The translations under genes and the position numbers were made by a program. A DNA stretch of 63,268 nt, counting the filler, from Sphacelaria rigidula (lineage: Eukaryota): assembly GCA_964200075.2 (NCBI GenBank). It is 8 parts of 8 records of this genome, joined end to end, with 100 filler letters (N's around TTAATTAATTAA, not from the genome) between each part and the next. Parts side by side here need not be neighbours in the genome. Positions count along the whole stretch, not along the records: positions 47,531 to 55,349 come from CAXNAA020013357.1; positions 55,450 to 63,268 come from CAXNAA020013358.1; 6 more parts are not named here. One strand, given 5' to 3'. Below, in pieces: positions 48,601 to 60,900 of the stretch (position 1 is the first letter of the stretch; each line of letters opens with the position of its first letter). The notes below the pieces were generated by a model, which was not told where the DNA came from, did not search any database, and saw only the letters and a list, made by a program, of their open reading frames with translations.

Positions 48601-50031
48601 TCCCCCCTTATCGGATACTTCAGCACTCGAAGCTCAAAAAAAAGTATCAAGGAGGAAACTCGGCCTTCCGATCAAAACCCCCCCATCACACAAACTCCAC
48701 CGCTTGTGCTAAAAAAAAACAGCCCTTTATCGCAGACGCCCAGGCCAGGGCACTTGCACTTGACGACGGGAAACGCCCTACAAACCCATGCCCCACAAAG
48801 TAGCGTGAGCGGCTTCACCCGATGTAAGTGTAGATGCATTACGGAAACCATGACCTGAAACATCTAGAGCTGACAAATCGAAAGACACACACAAAACAAA
48901 ATATATGCCTGCTCGCTGTCCCCAGTGTTCATCAAGGCGCGACGGTGCCTCTGTCGCAGACGCAATGATGTACCTGTGTTAGGCGTGCAGGGACCTCTAC
49001 CAGTCGGGGACACGTTTCATACCAGGCTTCGCTGGACACCTACTTACTGTGACTCTTTCACTCCGATACGGTCAAACCTACGGCAGAATTCACATAACAC
49101 CGGTTAGATCTTGCCTGTCTTCGTCCGGACGCAGAAGAAGAAGTGAAGATGCACGCAAGCACCTTGTTCAGCATGTGGGTCGATCCTTGAGGGATGATGG
49201 GTGTTATCAGCGGTCAGCAAATGTGAAGTGCAATACAATAGTCGGGAGACGATTATCAATTTGCCTTCAGAAATGGCCTTTGCTTTCGCGTGTTTTTGCT
49301 TCTGATCCGAGAGGGGACGAGGTCACACGGTTTGTTTCCCAAATCATCATTAGACTGAAGAAGGTGTAGCCATGATCCAATTGCTCTATAGTCTACTATA
49401 CAGGGTCATGATCCGCCCTGTAACATCCCCCGTCAATAGATTTGCCAATATTTTTACCAGGCATCACTTATTGAGTAGAGACCAGCGCAATCGATCGAAG
49501 GCCGTGTGAAATGGAAGGGGAAAACTCCACTCACACCTCTATGGTTGGGAATACGGGATAGAGGCCCGTTTCGGCTGCATCCAGTTTTCGGCTGCACCCA
49601 TGGGGCCCGGAAACTTTCTCATCTTCGACGGCGTATCCGAGCTTGAGTGCTTGTTCCGACTGCTGCCGAGATAGCCCCCCCCTAAACCGACCAAAAATGT
49701 GCACGGAGGCGATGATCATAACTGCCGTTAAAGCTGGTTTCGTGCTGCACGATGCAACTGATTTGGGCGTTGAAGCTTATTTCAGACTGCTACACTCCTC
49801 TCATGTGGGCGAAAGTGCTGCAAAATAGCCCAATAGTGAGATCGCAGCCGGTTCGTTGGATGGTGCCGGTGCACTTTTTGTGGGGGGGCTATCTCGGCAT
49901 TAGGCTTCCTCTTTCTTCAACCCTGCGTAAGGCTCTTCACCTGTAGGGCACTCATTCGGGAGGATATGCGTCTGATGGCGTAGATTCAGTGACGGGGTGT
50001 GTTGGGTATCACTCACTTCGAAAATGCAAAT

Positions 50032-50730
50032 TCACGCATTTCCCTTCTGCTGAACTCCAAACCGTTCACCGTTCGGGTATCTCACTCGCCAGTATGGATC
50101 AAGGTAATTATATACCTCGCCTGTCCCTACTCCTTCGCCTACTCCGTCGTCCGCTGACCGTCTTACCTGCGTTCCTATTGGGTACATGATTAGAGCCTCT
50201 TCCCTGTCTCTTGTCGGTGTGGACTCGTCCCTGTTAGATTTTGGGTAGGGTCTCACCGACGGGTGATTCATGTCCCACATGGCATGAAACACATCTAGTT
50301 GGAGGGGGGGAAAGCTGTCCAATACTTCCGCTTCCATCAGCCAGCCGGATTCTTGTCCATCCCGGTACCTGCTTTTATACTCCCACACCGTTTGAATAGG
50401 CGCCGTAGTAGTCCACCTCCTGTTCGTTAGTGTGTACAGAGGTGAGGCTACTGTAGAGATGTCAGCGAGTCCTAGGTCCGGTCCCCATGCTAGCTGGGCG
50501 AACTCATCCTCCATTGCGTGTCTCAGTTCAGGTCGACGCTGATGGAACGGTTTAAGAGCGGCGGTGGAAACGGTCCTGTGGCGTAGTTTCCTTTCTTGCA
50601 TCGATACTTCTAAACTGATCCCCGGAATAGGGGTGGCTACTCCCTCCCACGGTCCCGTCCACTTTTCGTGTGTCAGTTTTTGGTGCTGTCCTTCCCTATG
50701 CAACGTACTTTCTATTTCTCGAACTAGCAT
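50032..50730 (-). pseudogene. Gypsy integrase C-terminus: GPY/F-type region, chromo-like domain and Tudor-like domain
   Basis: KLTHEKWTGPW...LKPF; YTLTNRRW...WEYKSRYRDGQESGWLMEAEVL; YPIGTQVRR...GEVYNYLDPYWRVRYPNG, frameshifting into EFSRREMREF. Confidence 0.65.
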
Positions 50731-52789
50731 CAGATCTCTTATCTTAGCCGACGTTCCTGGGGAGTGCTTGTGATGTTTGCGTAATGTGCCTGTCTTTCTT
50801 TCTGCTGTCTTGTTTCCAGGACCTGCTTAACCTGGTCTAGTTTTCGTTTCCCCCGTTCAACAAAGTTGTCCAGGCCTGTCGCGGAGTCATTACCGTCCAT
50901 CTGTGGTACTAGGATGTCTAGAGTGGTTCTAGGATCACGACCGAAAAGGATTTAAAACGGGGATATGTTGGAAGGGACGGATGGGTCTGGAAGTGTACGT
51001 TTGATCCAGCATGCTGGATCCACATACTCGTCCCACCTGTCAGGCCATGATTTGCATAGTTCGGATAGTGTGTCATGTATCCAAGCCCCTGCCCTTTCAA
51101 CTGCACCCTGACCTCTCGGATGATCTGCGGGTCCGTAGTCTAGGGATACCCTGAGCCATCTGCATAGATCCTTTACTACACTTGCTGCGAACTCTCCCCC
51201 TTTGTCCCTACCGATAGATCTGGGCATGCCGAATGTTGACGCAGGTTCAACAGGATGCGAGCTACCGGTGCTGACTCCGTCGTAGGTGCGGAATATGCCA
51301 AGAGGAACTTCGAAGCTCGGTCGACAATCATTAGTATGTATCGATTACCTGATGCGGATGTTCGATGCATATCCTGAAAGTCGATCTCTGGTATACATCC
51401 CAGGGAAGCAGAAATCGGCTCGGTAGCATTGCCCCTACTTGTTGTGTTCGTGCTCTTTTCCTGCGTCTGCATCCGCATGAGAGAACGTAGTCACGGCAGT
51501 CTTTGCTTATACTGTTCCAGTGAAAATGGTTTCGTAGCAGAATCGTGGTATGCGCTACTCCAGTGTGTCCGTAGTGTGCGTGTACGAGTGCTATTAGGTC
51601 AGAAACTAGCTGTCGTGGTATGACCAACGTTGGCCTATTTCTATTTCCGGTGAACCACAACAGGCCCTGGTCGTCTATACGATGTAGCTATCTCATGTAG
51701 TTCCTGATGCCTTTTCCGTCTCGCTGAGTGGAAAAGCTCGGATCTGGCTCAGGTAAGGGTCGTTTTTCTAGTTCTCGACTAGGCTGGGTAAATTAGATAG
51801 AGTATTGATCGCTCTGTTGATGACTGAGTCGTGACTGTTGGGCGAGTCGCTTCCTGCGTGGTTATTCTTGTGTTCCTCGACGATAACAGGACTCGATTCC
51901 TGGCTGCTCGACAGCGTCTGTTGGGAGTCTGTGTGGATTGGGAGGATGCTCTGCGGTACGGAAATGGGTTCATCGGTTCTGAAATCCTTGAGTCTGACAG
52001 AACGGGTGCGGGCTCTGCTAGATCTGCGTGGTTCATTCTGGACGTCATCATGCAGTGCCACAACTTTTTCTCGGGCGAATGGCATTCCGACAGCTGAGCC
52101 ATCGTTCCACTTGCTTCCGCTTCATGTGTTTGTATGTCGGATATCTATCTGGCTAGGCTGCTGCTGTGTTAATTCCTTCGTAGGGGAGTCCTTGCTGTCT
52201 ATCGGGGCTGTCGTCGATCACAACGCTGTGATGGAAGCAGATCCCACCAGTATCCCTCTCTCTTCCCCTAGTTGGCTCAAGGGGATTCCATCCAACACCG
52301 GTCCTTGCGGGCCCTTCGTGCACCGGTCAGATTTTAGGGTGGGATCATCCGGAAAAGCGTCGTCAACATCTGTACCTTCTGCGGTGTTGCCAAATAGGCG
52401 GGGTAAAGCATCGGGTAGTTGGTGGCATGTGTCTGCTCTCCAATGTAGTGTCATGTCGTACTCCATCAATCGTAGCGAGGATCACGTAGGATGTAGGTCA
52501 GGGGGGCCGCGATAATGCTGAAATGATCGACGAATGATCGCATGCAACCGGTCATGCCGAGGGAAGCCCGTAGCTCTTCTACCGTGTTCGGGGGTGAGAG
52601 TTGGCTGACTGCCTCGATTTTGGATGGGGCCGGACGCCTTCCCTCACGGTCGATCACCATCCCCAGGACGACTTCGCAAAGTTGACAAAGTATTTCGCTT
52701 CCAACAGAGCCGAGAGAATTTTCCATTTCAGGTATAGGCGTTCAGAGAGGGTTATTCTGAAGATGAGGATATCGTCTAACCATACCTGA

Positions 52790-53217
52790 ACTCCTTCACC
52801 TATGAGAGATCCTAGGGTTTTGGATATACCTCTGGCGAACCGGATGGGAGATTCTTCAATCCGAAACCACACCTGTTGTATTCCCAAAGTTGGCCGAGGG
52901 CGTCTCTGAAGGCTGTTTTGTGTTTGTCACTCTTCTCGATTTCGAGTTGAAAGTACCCTGAGGCGAGATCTAACGTGGAAAAAGATTTGTTTCAACCAAG
53001 CTTACTCCTTCACCTATGAGAGAGTCCAGGGTTTTTGATATACCTCTGGCGAACCGGATGGGAGATTCTTCAATCCGGAACCACACCTGTTGTATTCCCA
53101 AAGTTGGCTGAGGGCGCCTCTGAAGGCTGTTTTGTGTTTGTCACTCTCCTCGATTTCGAGTTGAAAGCACCCTGAGGCGAGATCTAATGTGGAAAAAGAT
53201 TTGTTTCCACCAAGCTT
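52790..53217. repeat. 214-bp tandem duplication within the Gypsy RT
   Basis: Copies at 52790-53003 and 53004-53217 differ by roughly a dozen substitutions by eye. Confidence 0.9.
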
Positions 53218-53383
53218 GTCGTGCATGCTCTCGATGTCCCCCAGACCCACGCTGTCTGTTTCCGTGAGATCATTCAGTTTCCTGTAGTCATGGCAAAGGC
53301 ATAGCGTGCCGTCTTTTTCTGGTACCGCGAGCGATCTTGCTGTCCATTCCGACCCTGACCGCCGACTGATACCGCGTTGGTGA

Positions 53384-54072
53384 GCCATGCTATGGTAGGG
53401 GTGGCGAAAACATTTCTGGTGAAGGATAGTGGATTGAGAATTGAGCACTAGGCGAAACGGACAATAGCAGGATTGACTAATGTCAACATAGCTCTTCCCA
53501 AACCAGCCCGCTCCTTGGCTGAGTTGGTTGGGGGCTATGGCACGGCATCACTCACTCGTTGCCGACCAAACTACCAGGCACACACGCTGGCAGTGCTCTA
53601 AGGACGACTTTACGTTCGAACGCAGTGGTTCGAGCCTCGTGTCGGTGTAAGTACAATCAACTTCGGAGATATTTCCTCACTCACTTCAAGTGCGATAGTC
53701 AAGCCTCCAAGCAATCTGACTCTCCCTGGGGGGAAGGGGGTACGGAGTCTCGCCAAGCTTACGTGGGCCTTTCCAGGGCTCGTGCTGCTGATACTCTATG
53801 CCTAAGTCTCATTCGCTCCGTGTGGAATAGTCAAAACGCGTAGGTGAGTGATGCTACGGTAGGGGTACACAAACAATTTCTGAAGTTAGAATTGTTAGGA
53901 GCCCTGTATCTCATCAAAAACACGACTTGTGAAAATATGCGAGGGTTCGCCAGGATTACTATTTCAATGTGCTGGGNNNNNNNNNNATATTCTTGTGCGT
54001 CTAGAATCGTTAGGAGCCCCTGAGCCAGACAAAATTTCGCGAAAAAAGTGCACCCCTACCGTAGCATTGGTC
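53384..54072. mobile_element. Non-autonomous TIR DNA transposon nested in Gypsy pol
   Basis: TGGTGA|GCCATGCTATGGTAGGGGTG...CACCCCTACCGTAGCATTGGTC|TGGTGA. Removing it restores EVEKLHQRGISRRSGSEW. Contains a 10-N gap. Confidence 0.85.
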
Positions 54073-56396
54073 TGGTGAAGTTTTTCTACTTCGACTTGTA
54101 TTGCTTCAGTTTTGTTGGGGGGAAAACGTCGATGCTTTGTTGCCACAGGTTTACATCGTTCATCTCTCAACGGAATGCGAATCTTACCTTGGTCACAAGG
54201 GCGGATGTTTTTGGGGTCTGCTGGGAAGATTCCTTGCTGCCGGAACTCGTCTAACAGTGATAAAAGCTTCTGTTTTTCAGGGGTGCTAAGCTGTCCGAGG
54301 TTGGGGTCATTGAGATTGGACATGCTTGGCGTGTTCATGTCCGTCTCTTTTCCTTCCTCGTTGTGTTCATGTGACGTCTGTGCTTGTGTATCGTGTGATG
54401 TGTCGTCCTCGTTGTTTCCGGGGTTAGATGGGAGGAAAACGCATGGAAGCGTTCCTCGTCATCGATATTGACCGCCACTATCTGTGCTATCTGTTTATTT
54501 ATCTCAATGAAGCTCTGGTTGGGGCTCCTGTTCACTACCTTGCTTCCTGCTGCATTTGTATTACTGGAGGGTTTCGGTGACGGCACATCGTTGAGGTTCC
54601 CGGGAGTGAGGTACTACTCGGGGCGCACCTTCAGGTGGTGTGTTCTGCTCCGTCTTCATGGTCGCTCTCAAATTCGAGTCCGGTAATAGCTTAAATCATT
54701 TCAAGTTGCTCAGGGGTTACCGTTATGCGGTGAGATTTTGTTGGGTTGTTCTGATTCGTCAGCTTGGTGTGTGCGTTTCGCCCCTCCTGGTTGTGATCGG
54801 TATGTCTGAGAGTAAAAGCCCTTCGGTAAGATATTCACATCGTGTATGTAGGGGCACCGCGGGCGTCTGCATTCTACCCCAAAGGCGTGTCGAAAGCACA
54901 TTCGTGCGTTGCGCAGGAAATCGATGATACGTACATGGAGCCTCTGGTGAAGGGGGGTTGCTGATCGTAGCAGTGCCCACTTGGCCCTGGGTTGTAGTTG
55001 GTGGGGACCCTCCCCGGTATGTACTTTCGTGCGAGGTGTTGGTGAATTGTTGGGGTCTACCAGAAACCGGTACACCGTGCCGACCCGGTATTGAGGGGTT
55101 GTAACAGACAGTACGTAAAAAATCCACTTCACCGCGGGCCTGGCTGCGGTCTACATTTCATCCAGCCAATCTGACGCTGAGTGCGCGCGTTTGTCTCTCC
55201 TGCTCTCTCGAATTGGGCACCATGTCGCAGACGCAATGATGTACCTGTGTTAGGCGTGCAGGGACCTCTACCAGTCGGGGACACGTTTCATACCAGGCTT
55301 CGCTGGACACCTACTTACTGTGACTCTTTCACTCCGATACGGTCAAACCNNNNNNNNNNNNNNNNNNNNNNNNNNNNNNNNNNNNNNNNNNNNTTAATTA
55401 ATTAANNNNNNNNNNNNNNNNNNNNNNNNNNNNNNNNNNNNNNNNNNNNGAAACAAATCTCCTTTTTGCCCATCAATCCATCCTGTAATTGAGCAAAGAA
55501 AGACTCGTTTACGAGCAGTCTCTGCTGTTCAAGTCCCACAAACGAGTGTATGTTCACACGACTGCGTCATACAGCTTCAGGCGGTGGGTATGTGGTGTGT
55601 AGATGGGATATACCTCGCTATTCTATGGATTATTGGATACAGGTTTTCAAAAACCCCGTAGTCCATGGTCTACGAATAGAATGAAAACCGCAAACAATGT
55701 TTCATGCATGTACTTTGATATGACGATCACAACGAGAATAAGCACGCGGTTTGGTGCTGTGTATACTGGACTGCGTACAATACCGTACAAAACAGTACTA
55801 TATGTCGTGCTTGCACATGTACGGTGCAATATACTGCAGAGGTATAGCGTAGCACATGGGCTACGTATGGCTATACAGAGTGGATGCCTGTAACTTTGCG
55901 TACATGGGGATGTTATATACCGTCAGCTACTGCGGTACAGACCACCGCGCGTGTACTTGCAGCATGCGCACAACTGCCGTCAGCAGGACGTGAAAGGGAA
56001 GCGGACAAAGTACAGTACAGACAGCGCAGGACTATATATGTTTTCTGTTCATGGTGAGACGTGCAAATGACTTGAACAGGGTGCCCAGCTTTGTCTATGG
56101 CTGCACTGTCCATGATTACTTGAGTGTGTAGACAGTAAGCCGGTCATTCCCCGCACCCTATGTACCCCGCGTGGTGCCGCCGCCGCGCCTGTGCCCAGCC
56201 CGTGCTCTTTACTGCAGGGTTGTGGTGGTAGCTGGGAATAAGTGTTGTGCAGGGTTTGCATGGCTCGATCTGTGAACGTGGCGGGTGATAAAGTACGACA
56301 AGATTGCTGGGGTATGCATTTCACAGCAGCAGCGATATATATGGTCATGCATATATCGGACTGATTCAGGAAACTCGAAGAGTACTCACCGGAGCA

Positions 56397-56553
56397 TCAG
56401 ATGCCCTCTAGAGGATTCGTTGATGTCCATTCCATAGGGATGAAACACCCCTACAGGGTATTCAGACCTCAGAAGTCACTGGAACATCGGATGCCCTCCA
56501 GAGGATTTGTTGATGTCCATTCCAGAGGGATGAAACACCTCTAAAGGGTATTT
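56397..56553. repeat. ~89-bp period tandem duplication
   Basis: GATGCCCTC(T/C)AGAGGATT(C/T)GTTGATGTCCATTCCA...GATGAAACACC twice. Confidence 0.75.
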
Positions 56554-57184
56554 TACCCTCAAGAGGATCATTTACCCTCCAGAGGATGAAAATCACAGTA
56601 GAGGATTTCTAAACAGGAGCCGAATGGTTGCGTGTATACGAATCCAGCCGCGTTCGCAGGGCGGACATCATGAAGGTAGAAACACATCATGACTCATTGT
56701 GCCAAGAAGAGAGACAACCTTACACAAAATCGTTCGAACAGAGACGGACGGCAGAAAAACATATAAACAAAACAACCCCAACATAAAGAAAACAAAACAA
56801 AATCAACGAAATAAAGAACGAAACTACAGAACAGCAGTGGAGGCACCGAATTTGTCCACGTGGTCACAAGCTCGTGTCACGCTTCGCACCTATTCAAGGG
56901 CACAAGGTCTCTGATTACTTCGTAGTCCATATTTTGATACTAGTGACAACAATGAGTAAAACGCCACACAGCAACTCAAAATAATGCATACTATGGTTGG
57001 GTGTGGTGTGGCGGTGCTTGCTGCCGTGGCGCTGACCTTGCGCTTACATCGCGTGCGTAGTATGATGACGTATCTACACTCTTCTTGAACCCATTTATCA
57101 TATCATGCGAATATCACGTATTATGCTAATCTGAGACTAATTGTGGTACAGTACAAGTTGAGCGTGTGACGGTCGTGAAGTCCA

Positions 57185-57485
57185 TTCAGACGTCACAAAC
57201 GTGTAATAATGTGATGTGTAACGTTTATTGTAACGTGTAACGTATTAACGTTACACGTTACGGGATACGTTTCAAAATACGTCACTGTGACGTACAAGAA
57301 AAAATACGTCACGTCACGTCACATTTGTGACGTACTGAAAAATTGAACATTACGTCCCGTCAAATTTTTTCACCGGTACGTTACGTTACATCACATTTGT
57401 GACGTAATCGAAAAACGTACGTTACGTTACGTCACACCCTTGTGACGCACGTTTGTGACTTGTAACGTACGTGTAACGTGTGACG
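57185..57485. repeat. Dense GT(G/A)ACGT / ACGT(C/T)AC motif cluster, probably a MITE
   Basis: Many short motifs in both orientations, bracketed by GTCACAAACGTG and CACGTTTGTGAC. Confidence 0.55.
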
Positions 57486-57949
57486 AAAGAGCCCGTACTT
57501 TTCATGCTCACGTCAAAGAAGGCCCAAAAACGTCGTATTCGTACTAAAATCAAGTAGCTTGTGGTACCACCGCGGCACGGCAAACTTTATCATCCAAAGG
57601 CGAAAAACCTCACGCTGTTTCAAGGAGATGGACCCTGAAATTTTGCACAACTGCACTATGGGTCATTACGCAACTTTGGATGAACGAGGTCTCTTGGGAG
57701 GGGGTTTTGCCGTTTCCAGGGGGGTCCGATTGGATCGATGTGTGCCCAAATAAACTGGGACCCCCGAAAACCGGTGAAAAAAAAAGAAGTAAAGAATGTC
57801 GATCTCCGGAAGTTGCGTAATACCCCATAGAATATCTGTACAAAATTCCAGGGTCTAACTCCTTGGAACGGCGCAAGGTTTTGCCGATGAGTGTTTTTTG
57901 GGTGATGAGCAAAAACCAGCCTGGAGCGGGACTCGTACATAATACGTTC

Positions 57950-60900
57950 TGTAGCCAAATGATACCAAGCCGTAGGTTTCAGTATAATCGCATGCATGAT
58001 TGGAGCAGTGGCAGGGGACAGGGGATCCTGCATTGATGGCCCTTATCTGTGTGGCCCCTTGCTGTCTGGCTCGTGATGTGGTCTGTTGAGAATCACTCCG
58101 TGATAATAACAAGTCTGAAGAAAGGACTTGTCGAGCACGAGGCCAGTGATACTGGAGGAGTCCTTCGTCGGAAGTCCTCTTGTCCAGATCGTCTGGCAGA
58201 GACCATAATATCTAGATTTCCTTTTCGCCGCTCCGTTGGAGGAGTTTGGCTGAGAAGAGGGGCCGCAGCTGGAAGCCAGCTTGGCATGCAGTCGGAAGGA
58301 GACCAACTTGAGGCCAACTTGAAGCGCACAGCAGTGGAGGACGCTCCGTGGGCTGGATGACGCATAAGTCAGGCAAGAGTCTCTTCGTGAAGTGGTGAAC
58401 CCTAGACGACATGTCTCAAGCACCGGCAGCACCGCTGGTGTTAGGTGAGCCACTAGAACCGCCAAAGTATGGTGAACTGTAGACCGAGGAAGCCACAGAA
58501 GTGTTTTGCGCCAAATATCTCGACTATTTGGAGAGGTTGCATTGGGCCAATGCACAAGGAGTCATGAGGCATGCCAGGGTGAGCATTGGACAACTTATCC
58601 CAACCTATATTCACCGGTGCTTTGAAGGCATGTACAAGGACCGTCGGGCTATTGTCCCTGACAAATTGTTAAATGCTGTGAAGCAGCATGCCGGGTACAC
58701 CGCAACCGGCGGCAAGCATGACACTGCGCGGGCTGCATCAGAGCTACGCAGAGTTCTTATTACTATGCCACTAAGCGGTGGAGCATCCGCCAAGGATGGA
58801 GCGATCATGGTCAACTCATCGATGGAAACGTGTTTCGCAGAAAACCTCACGGTGCAAGCCATGTATCGTGCGGAGGACAGGAGCTGGTTGCCAGGCCCGG
58901 CCGAGTCGGTTCCGACAGCTTTGGTGGATGGGATTTCGCCTCCGGAATTCAAGGCGTATGTTAAAAGTGTACTAACGTATGTTGATGGCTGAAAACAAAA
59001 CTCGATGGTGGTGTTCGAAAAAATATTTGATACCACTGACCAGTGGAAGTTCATTGAGGCACATGACCGTCGCGATTCTGCGGCAAGTGCAGGTAGTGCA
59101 CGCCGCAAACAGCAGCAGAACCAGAAACAGCAGCCGTCTTCGCGAGCGTCGTCTACTCGCGCGTGTTGCAACTGCGGCGACACCGGATACCTGATTAAGA
59201 ACTGCCCCAAGCCTCGCGTTCAAGGCGCTGCTCAAGGAAATGCGCGAGATTCATCAGGATCTCGAGGCGGTCGTCACCGTGGACGGGGCCGTGTCAATCA
59301 GGGACGCGGGCGCGGCGGCCGCGGTAGCAGGCAATCGCCGGCGGATGGTGGTTCCTCCGCTGCTGTTTCTTCCACTACATCATCAGGTGGTGACTCTGGA
59401 TCTTATGGTTCGTCCGTGTCGGGGTGGACAGTGTACGTGGGAAATGCAAATACTTCGGTGAGGAGTGCTGGAGCGAATAGTTCGCAACCCCTCGGTCAGG
59501 CAGGATTCGTGTCTGGTGCATTTCCTACGGCTGCGACGGCTGTAACAGCGCCGTCTGCATATTCGGCGACGTGGTCTGGTTGGACCGCCGATTCCCAACT
59601 ATCGATGTCAAGTGCTGGAGGGCAGCCCTGGCGTCAGGTGACTCTTGGTCCCGACCAGGGTTCTTCGGCAGGCGTGGTACCTATCGATCGCAAGGCTGAA
59701 TGCTTACGCGCAGATCTTTCTTTGGCTAGGTCCGTAGGTTCGTTCAAGGCCCGTGTTATTCTGGATTCGGGGTCCGCGCTCACGTTGATCGGTGTGAGGT
59801 TGCTAGAATAAATGTCTTCGCAGTTTGCCGGCGCTTAGTTGCAGACTCCGTTCGAAAACGGACCGCAAACGGCATAGACCGCCACGGGTGCTCCCGTGAT
59901 AGTCACACATATAACGGTACCAATTACTGTTAGCGTGCGTACGCCGTGGGGGGCTGTAGAGTTGAAGCCCATTACTTTCGCTGTCATGCCCGGTAGGGAC
60001 AGCGTGGCTCTATTTGGGATGGCGGCGATGAAGGAGGTCGGGATTGATTTGACCCGCTGGCGATGGATAAGTTACGACCGCGTGCCGTGCCGGCGCAAAC
60101 TGGCGTGGAAATCCCCAGCTATCTTGCTGCAAAGCGTGTGACCGCATCCATACGGTCATTCCAGAGCGCCAATGAGGAGGAGGCTCGTGCGGATGAAGCG
60201 GTGGAGCGTTAGGTCGATCGGGGGCCCGACATGTTCATGGACCCTGCGGAGGAAAGAGGTGCCAAAGTACGTGCGCTAGGGTATAGCGTACAGCAGGCCG
60301 AGCAGAAGGGCCTGAGCGCCTATGGCGCATATCATCTGCGTGATATATTGGCTCGTCGCGTGGATACATTTCGTCGTGCGCTGCGTGGTGATCCGCCAGC
60401 GCGCGTGGAGTCAATGAGAGAGGTTGTGAAGGCCAAGGCTCGCCGCTACGATCCAGTAAGGACCGTGTGGCTTGCTTCATGCATCGCAGCTTTGGTGTCG
60501 TTTGGTTTGTTGGTTAGGAATATCCAGGCTGTGTGGGCGAGTCCGGTGATGGCGGTGCCGGAGAGGGACACATTCCGTTTGGTCAGCGACTATCAGGTGG
60601 TGAGCGCGCAAGTGGAACAGTCTCCGGGGGTGATGTCAAGCCAAGAAGACATGCGGGAGTTGCTGGGAACCCAATGCTTCGGCAAGTTGGACCTGGTACA
60701 GGGGTATTGGCAGATGCCTCTGGCGACGGAGGCTCAGGAGATCTTCATGATCGTCACGCCTCAGGGTTTGTTTACGCCTATTCATATCCTGCAGGGCGTC
60801 TTGAACGCCACGACGTATTCCCAAGGTGTGCTGACTGACATTTGGCGAGGTCTAAACTGCCAAGTGTGGGTGGATGACGTTTTATTTTTTGCTGAAACCG

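Larger units (their letters stand above)
48952..55349 (-). mobile_element. Decayed Ty3/Gypsy LTR retrotransposon; 5' LTR cut by the contig end
   Basis: 3' LTR 48952-49425 (TG...CA, preceded by PPT GACGGGGGA). 5' LTR fragment 55223-55349 is followed by PBS TGGTGCCCAATTCGAGAG. RT fragments (LCHDYRKLN, LDLASGCFQL, HKTAF, VWLDDILI) and integrase fragments (H-x3-GHTG, IVDRASKF, HPRGQGAVER, WTGPW) lie in Gypsy order. Many stops and frameshifts. Confidence 0.95.
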
